Assembly (NCBI GenBank): GCA_003645695.1
Contig: QNBN01000003.1
Coordinates: 1 to 32,454, forward strand
DNA length: 32,454 bases
Origin: Spirochaetota bacterium
GTDB taxonomy: Bacteria; Spirochaetota; B62-G9
Reading direction: 5' to 3'
Position numbers and translations under genes: made by a program. Positions 27,765 through 32,454 of this stretch are shown here, piece after piece (position 1 is the stretch's first letter; each line of letters starts with the position of its first letter). Under the pieces are notes generated by a model. That model saw only the letters and a list, made by a program, of their open reading frames with translations, had not been told where the DNA came from and made no database searches.

Positions 27765-28970
27765 ATGCAAAGAAGTATTGAAGAGATAAATGAAAAAATA
27801 AAAAAGAATAAAGCGATTGTTTTTACTGCAGAAGAAATTATACCCTATGTTGAAGAAGTCGGTTATAAAAAGGCAGCCGAGAGAGTTGATGTAGTCACTA
27901 CAGGGACATTCGGGCCTATGTGTTCATCGGGTGCATTCTTAAATTTGGGGCATACTACCCCGAGGATGAAAATACAAAGGGCATGGCTTAATGGTGTTTT
28001 AGCATATGGGGGATTAGCGGCAGTAGACCTGTTTATAGGTGCCACTGAAATACCAGATGATGACCCTGCTAACAGGATACATCCCGGTTTATTTAAATAT
28101 GGGGGAGGACATGTAATTGAGGATCTGATCTCGGGTAAGGATATATTTCTGAAAGCTGTCTCATACGGAACAGACTGCTACCCCAGGAAAGAACTTGAAA
28201 CCTATATAAATATACGGGATTTAAACCAGGCTTATATTTATAATCCAAGAAATTGCTATCAGAACTATAATGTAGCAGTAAACCTTTCCAAAAAGGTTAT
28301 ATATACATACCTTGGAGTTTTGCAACCAAACCTTGGGAATGCAAACTTCTCCTCTGCAGGACAACTGAGCCCGCTCTTGAATGATCCATATTACAGAACC
28401 ATAGGAATTGGAACAAAAATTTTCTTAGGAGGTGCACAGGGTTTTGTTTCATGGGAGGGAACTCAGCACAACCCAACCGCGCCGAGAGGTGAAAATGGAG
28501 TTCCAAAAGAAGGTGCTGGCACAATAGCAGTTACAGGTGATATGAAAAAGATGAATGCAAGGTACATTCGCGGTGTCTCTGTTATGGGATATGGTGCAAG
28601 CATGGCTGTAGGAATCGGTATACCAATACCTATTATCGATGAAGATATGATTCGTTTTGTTACGGTAAAAGATGAAGATATTCTCGCTCCAGTTGTAGAT
28701 TACTCAATGGCATATCCAAGCAATAAGATAAAAGTATTGAGCTATGTAAATTACAGAGATCTACGTAGCGGTGAGGTAGAGATAAAGGGGAAAAAGGTTC
28801 CGACTGCTTCTCTTTCAAGCTACCCGATAGCGAGAGAAATTGCAAACACATTAAAAACCTGGATCCTTAAAGGCGAGTTCTTGCTAACTGAAAAAGTTGC
28901 ATCATTGCCAGGAGTTGAATCCGGTCAGGGTTTTTATCCTTTAAAAATAAGATCTGAAAGGATAAAGTGA
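27765..28970 (+). CDS. Homocysteine biosynthesis protein (DUF39, MA1821/MJ0100-like aspartate-semialdehyde sulfurtransferase)
   Basis: VDVVTTGTFGPMCSSGA, YGGGHVIEDL, GTDCYPR, NPRNCYQNY, PLLNDP, GTQH; likely true start ATG 27765 after AAGAGGG (the 27699 start lies inside the repeat). Confidence 0.9.
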   Translation: MQRSIEEINEKIKKNKAIVFTAEEIIPYVEEVGYKKAAERVDVVTTGTFGPMCSSGAFLNLGHTTPRMKIQRAWLNGVLAYGGLAAVDLFIGATEIPDDDPANRIHPGLFKYGGGHVIEDLISGKDIFLKAVSYGTDCYPRKELETYINIRDLNQAYIYNPRNCYQNYNVAVNLSKKVIYTYLGVLQPNLGNANFSSAGQLSPLLNDPYYRTIGIGTKIFLGGAQGFVSWEGTQHNPTAPRGENGVPKEGAGTIAVTGDMKKMNARYIRGVSVMGYGASMAVGIGIPIPIIDEDMIRFVTVKDEDILAPVVDYSMAYPSNKIKVLSYVNYRDLRSGEVEIKGKKVPTASLSSYPIAREIANTLKTWILKGEFLLTEKVASLPGVESGQGFYPLKIRSERIK

Positions 28971-28971
28971 T

Positions 28972-29391
28972 ATGACAAAAACTCAATCAAGAAATATACT
29001 GCTTCATTACCCTAAAAATCTTACAGACAAACCAATAATCTCAAATCTTATTAAGAATTATGATCTCACAGTGAACATCTCAAAAGCGAGAATTGATCAG
29101 GATGAAGAAGGGACAATGATAATTGAAATATCGGGAACATCAGAAAACATTAACGATGGGCTAAAGTATCTCAGGGAAATTGGTGTTACCTACAAACCAA
29201 TATCCAAGGTTGTTAATTGGAATCAAGATAAATGTACCCATTGTAGCGCATGTACTGTTGTATGTCCCGTTGGAGCGCTTTATATTCCTGATAGAAACAA
29301 CATGTTGATAACCTTTGACGAGAAAAAATGTATAGCCTGTGGATTATGCGTACCGGCTTGTCCTTATAGAGCAATAACCATATCCGAATAG
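28972..29391 (+). CDS. NIL domain plus 2x[4Fe-4S] ferredoxin (MA1822-like partner)
   Basis: N-terminal NIL domain; CTHCSACTVVCP and CIACGLCVPACP; 1 nt after the DUF39 gene. Confidence 0.9.
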   Translation: MTKTQSRNILLHYPKNLTDKPIISNLIKNYDLTVNISKARIDQDEEGTMIIEISGTSENINDGLKYLREIGVTYKPISKVVNWNQDKCTHCSACTVVCPVGALYIPDRNNMLITFDEKKCIACGLCVPACPYRAITISE

Positions 29392-29404
29392 ATATTGATA
29401 AAAT

Positions 29405-29590
29405 TTATTCTATCGATTGATTCTGAAAATCCAGTGCCATGTGTAATTCTTCTTGAGTAACAATACTGAGATTAACAAGAATTTCCCCAAGCTTTTGACC
29501 AGTTGATTTTTGAATCTCAAGTGCCTCATTTATATCATCAATATCGATAAGGCCAGCTTCAATTAGAACTTCCCCCAGCTTTTTCCCCAA
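29405..29590 (-). CDS. Stand-alone MshEN-like (c-di-GMP-binding type) small protein
   Basis: Two 24-residue motifs KLGEVLIEAGLIDIDDINEALEIQ and KLGEILVNLSIVTQEELHMALDFQ joined by a 5-residue linker; AAAGGAGG RBS, TTG 29590 gives suitable spacing. Confidence 0.8.
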   Translation of the reverse strand: MGKKLGEVLIEAGLIDIDDINEALEIQKSTGQKLGEILVNLSIVTQEELHMALDFQNQSIE

Positions 29591-29623
29591 TAAAATCAAA
29601 CCTCCTTTTACATTAATCTCTAA

Positions 29624-29843
29624 ATAGTTTTATTCATTAAAACAATCTTCCAATCAAAATAAAGAACTATATTTGTCTATTCGTTTTATGCCTATAAAAA
29701 AGTTATATACAAGAATTGCCCAATATTTTGGCCTTCTAATTAAAACTTTACATGCTGGTATTATACATATCAAAGAAAGCTGGTACAAAAGAAAAAGATA
29801 TAGCTCCGCCAGATGTAATATCAATATTAATAAATAAAACTAT
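29624..29843 (-). mobile_element. Putative MITE, inverted and diverged repeat copy 3 with both terminal inverted repeats
   Basis: TIRs ATAGTTTTATTCATTAA (29624-29640) and TTAATAAATAAAACTAT (29827-29843), 16/17 complementary; 29672-29701 matches the reverse complement of 27655-27684 at 28/30. Confidence 0.72.
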
Positions 29844-29864
29844 AAACCACTTTTTTTGTATTTG

Positions 29865-31454
29865 CTATATATTGACATTCTCTATATTCTCTATATTTAA
29901 CATCTTCATTATTTTGTTTTTTGCCTCCAGATAGCTTATAAAAGCAATAATCTCGCTGGGAGTTTTACATTTTAAAAGCCATTCAAAATGCTCCATTCTG
30001 GAAAAACTTCTGGTTAATGAATCAATCATTTTGTTGTATATTTCACCAAGATATTCAGGTGCTAAAAAAGCAAATATTATATGAACAGGCCTTGGATCAT
30101 CCGGCTTGATCTCTACACCCTCTGGCTTAAGCCCCAACATCGGCACGATATCATCAACAAAATCGCCAAAGGCACTGAAGAAGGCAATATTTTTTCCAAT
30201 AGGTGTTGTTACTATTTCTCCACTTTCCATAAGTTTCTTTTTAGCATTTTCTATATCTGTCACCCTCTCATGTGCAGCAGCTATCAACTCTTCTACTACT
30301 TCTTCTTTATTTTCTCCCTTTAACCTGGGAACAACGAGGTCTTTATGAAACATAAGGGAAGCAGTATATGGCAAGGGTTTGAGAAAATCCCATCCAAAAG
30401 CTTTTTCCCCCTCCATTTTTATTCCTCTTTTTTCTCTATACTCAGGGATAGTTATCATTGGAGGTCGCTCTATCCCCCATACTTTCATCTTTTCTATAGA
30501 GTACTCATTTTTTACACCGGTAAGCACCTGAAGGGAGTCAGATATATCCTGAAAAATCTCTATGCGACCCATATCATCTGCCCTCTGTAGAAGTATTTTG
30601 AGGATTCTATATGCCATAGACCTCAGGGCTTCAATATTCTGATTTCGATGGATTCTAACATCAAGATCGCACTGCCCAATAACATCAAGGCCATATATAC
30701 GTAGAATATCAATTAAATGACCGGTTTCTACACCATACCCTGTAAAAAATGGAAGATGTTCGAGAAGTTCCCTCCTACCTGCGTATTCTCCTGAAAGAGG
30801 TTGAGCAATCCCGGTAAGCTCAGGAAATAGTAGATTAAAGAATGGTCTGACAACAAGCTCTGTAACCCTACCCCCTCCTGTATAATGTAGCTCTCCTTTT
30901 ATTCTGATAGGCCTTTTGTAGAATGCTTTAACATATTTAAGATGATTAAACTCAAGGAGAGGTCCAATCAAACCCAGGGCAAATCTTGGATGTATATTGG
31001 TTATATCCGCATCAATCCAGCAAATTATATCACCCTTTAATACATAGAGGCTTTTCCAGAGATTTTCTCCTTTACCTCTGTAAGAACGATACTGAGGTAG
31101 TATATCTGAAGAGTAGTAAAAATCCGCCCCAGCCTCTCGTGCAACCTTTTCGGTGTTATCGGTTGAGCCTGAATCTATGACAACAATCTCATCGAGTAGC
31201 GGATACTTTTTCATTAAATATCGATTCATTACAGTTATTTCTTTTCCAACTGTTTTTTCTTCATTGAGGGTAGGAAAACATAGACTTATCGTAACCCCTT
31301 CCTCTTTTTTCATTCTTAAAAGTTTTTTAACATCAGCGTACCTCGAGTGATGGAATGTATTTCTTTCTATCCATTTCTTAATGTATGATGGTTGTTCAAT
31401 TCCATACTGTAACATCTCCTTATCTTTCTTCTCCACATCATACAATGTTGCCAT
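29865..31454 (-). CDS. gpgS: Glucosyl-3-phosphoglycerate synthase fused to a C-terminal PTS EIIA-like domain
   Basis: PTLNEEKTVG, DSGSTD, GKGENLWKS, DAD, GGRVTEL, QPLSGEYAGRR, GYGVE, HRNQ; about 150 aa C-terminal EIIA-like domain; start ATG 31454 after CAGGAGG. Confidence 0.88.
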   Translation of the reverse strand: MATLYDVEKKDKEMLQYGIEQPSYIKKWIERNTFHHSRYADVKKLLRMKKEEGVTISLCFPTLNEEKTVGKEITVMNRYLMKKYPLLDEIVVIDSGSTDNTEKVAREAGADFYYSSDILPQYRSYRGKGENLWKSLYVLKGDIICWIDADITNIHPRFALGLIGPLLEFNHLKYVKAFYKRPIRIKGELHYTGGGRVTELVVRPFFNLLFPELTGIAQPLSGEYAGRRELLEHLPFFTGYGVETGHLIDILRIYGLDVIGQCDLDVRIHRNQNIEALRSMAYRILKILLQRADDMGRIEIFQDISDSLQVLTGVKNEYSIEKMKVWGIERPPMITIPEYREKRGIKMEGEKAFGWDFLKPLPYTASLMFHKDLVVPRLKGENKEEVVEELIAAAHERVTDIENAKKKLMESGEIVTTPIGKNIAFFSAFGDFVDDIVPMLGLKPEGVEIKPDDPRPVHIIFAFLAPEYLGEIYNKMIDSLTRSFSRMEHFEWLLKCKTPSEIIAFISYLEAKNKIMKMLNIENIENVNI

Positions 31455-31623
31455 ATTTTTCCTCCTGCATCTATTATATAGGATAAACCAAATCCAAAAT
31501 TTTCGCAAGATAATTGTAATATTTTCCGATTGGATATTTACCTAAAACTTTACTTGTAAAATTGATACAAACTGTACTATGATTTAAGTAATAGGCTTAA
31601 TTATCCTTTTGAAGGAGTAAATA

Positions 31624-32454
31624 ATGAAAGATAGTGATAAAATGAAACAGAAACTTCAATACCTGTATGGAAAATCCATAGGTATAAAAGTATACGACAA
31701 ATTGTTAAAACTACTAGAAAAATACAAAAAATTTATCCCTTTGAAAAGCTTTATTCTATCTCAGAAAGATTCAGTTCTCATTACCTATGGCGATAGTTTT
31801 AGAGAGAAAGGGGAAAAACCATTAATTACTCTCAGGAAATTTCTAGAAGTATTTTTGAAGGATAAGATATCAACAATTCATATTCTCCCCTTCTTCCCAT
31901 ACTCATCGGATGATGGTTTTTCAGTAATAAACTATAAGGAGGTTAATCCAGAGTTTGGCTCATGGGAAGATATTAGAGAAGTTGAAAAAGATTTTAATTT
32001 GATGTTTGATGCTGTCATTAATCATATATCAGCTAAAAGCAGGGAATTCAAAGCTTTTTTGGAAGATATTCCACCCTATAAAGATTTTTTTATCGTAGTA
32101 GATGAGGATTATGATATTTCAAAGGTATTTAGACCAAGGGCTTTGCCTCTGCTTACAGAGTTTAAAACAGAAAGCGGAACAAAAAAGGTTTGGACCACTT
32201 TCAGCGAAGACCAGATTGATCTAAACTATAAAAATCCGGAAGTCTTACTATACATAACTGATGTTCTATTATTTTATGTAACTATGGGTGCCTCTATTAT
32301 TAGACTGGATGCTATTGCATATCTATGGAAAGAATCAGGAACAACTTGTATTCATCTCCCTCAGACGCACGAAGTTGTAAAACTCTTTAGATTAATTTTT
32401 GATGCAGTAGCACCCCATGTAAAGATAATAACAGAGACCAATGTTCCTCATAAA
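31624..32454 (+). CDS. GH13_18 sugar phosphorylase, glucosylglycerate phosphorylase-like (3' truncated by window edge)
   Basis: Hand translation from ATG 31624 (GAAGGAG RBS): LITYGD, IHILPFFPYSSDDGF, FDAVINH, WTTFSEDQIDLNY, RLDAIAYLWKE, ITETNVPH; open to the window end, so absent from the ORF track. Confidence 0.9.
   Translation, partial: MKDSDKMKQKLQYLYGKSIGIKVYDKLLKLLEKYKKFIPLKSFILSQKDSVLITYGDSFREKGEKPLITLRKFLEVFLKDKISTIHILPFFPYSSDDGFSVINYKEVNPEFGSWEDIREVEKDFNLMFDAVINHISAKSREFKAFLEDIPPYKDFFIVVDEDYDISKVFRPRALPLLTEFKTESGTKKVWTTFSEDQIDLNYKNPEVLLYITDVLLFYVTMGASIIRLDAIAYLWKESGTTCIHLPQTHEVVKLFRLIFDAVAPHVKIITETNVPHK

Noticed and set aside
29752-29934. 60-aa ORF on the + strand
   Set aside because: Overlaps the MITE-like element and the antisense end of gpgS; no RBS or motif.
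398-31350. Numerous 60-108 aa ORFs antisense to or overlapping long genes, and 13927-14115
   Set aside because: Shadow ORFs of well-supported genes or AT-rich spacer; no motifs or RBS support.

Overview
AT-rich bacterial chromosomal window, mostly housekeeping and metabolic genes; the lifestyle looks anaerobic but taxonomy cannot be fixed from the sequence. From left to right it holds a Bat-type VWA/TPR operon (batA-D plus an upstream membrane protein), a DUF434 PIN-like gene, an orphan sugar-binding protein, nth, a GH3 hexosaminidase, TauE, an HD protein, acpS, a KdgK-like kinase, chorismate mutase-aroA, tRNA-Ser(GGA) with an SRP RNA, two hypotheticals (one with a papain-like Cys/His/Asn pattern), valS, corA, two SDRs, a receiver-domain remnant, class I FBP aldolase, murG, an adenosine-specific kinase family gene, the MA1821/MA1822-type homocysteine synthesis pair, a stand-alone MshEN protein, a GpgS-PTS EIIA fusion and a truncated GH13_18 phosphorylase missing from the ORF track. 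The most notable unexplained structure is a non-coding repeat family in three intergenic regions (25868-26036, 27555-27723, and inverted at 29624-29843). The inverted copy has terminal inverted repeats at both ends; the other two keep only the left repeat but carry an internal sigma70-like promoter and a terminal hairpin. Each copy points into the next gene, suggesting a promoter-carrying MITE-like element. Also notable are the GpgS fusion to an EIIA domain lacking the phospho-His and the stand-alone MshEN gene next to it.
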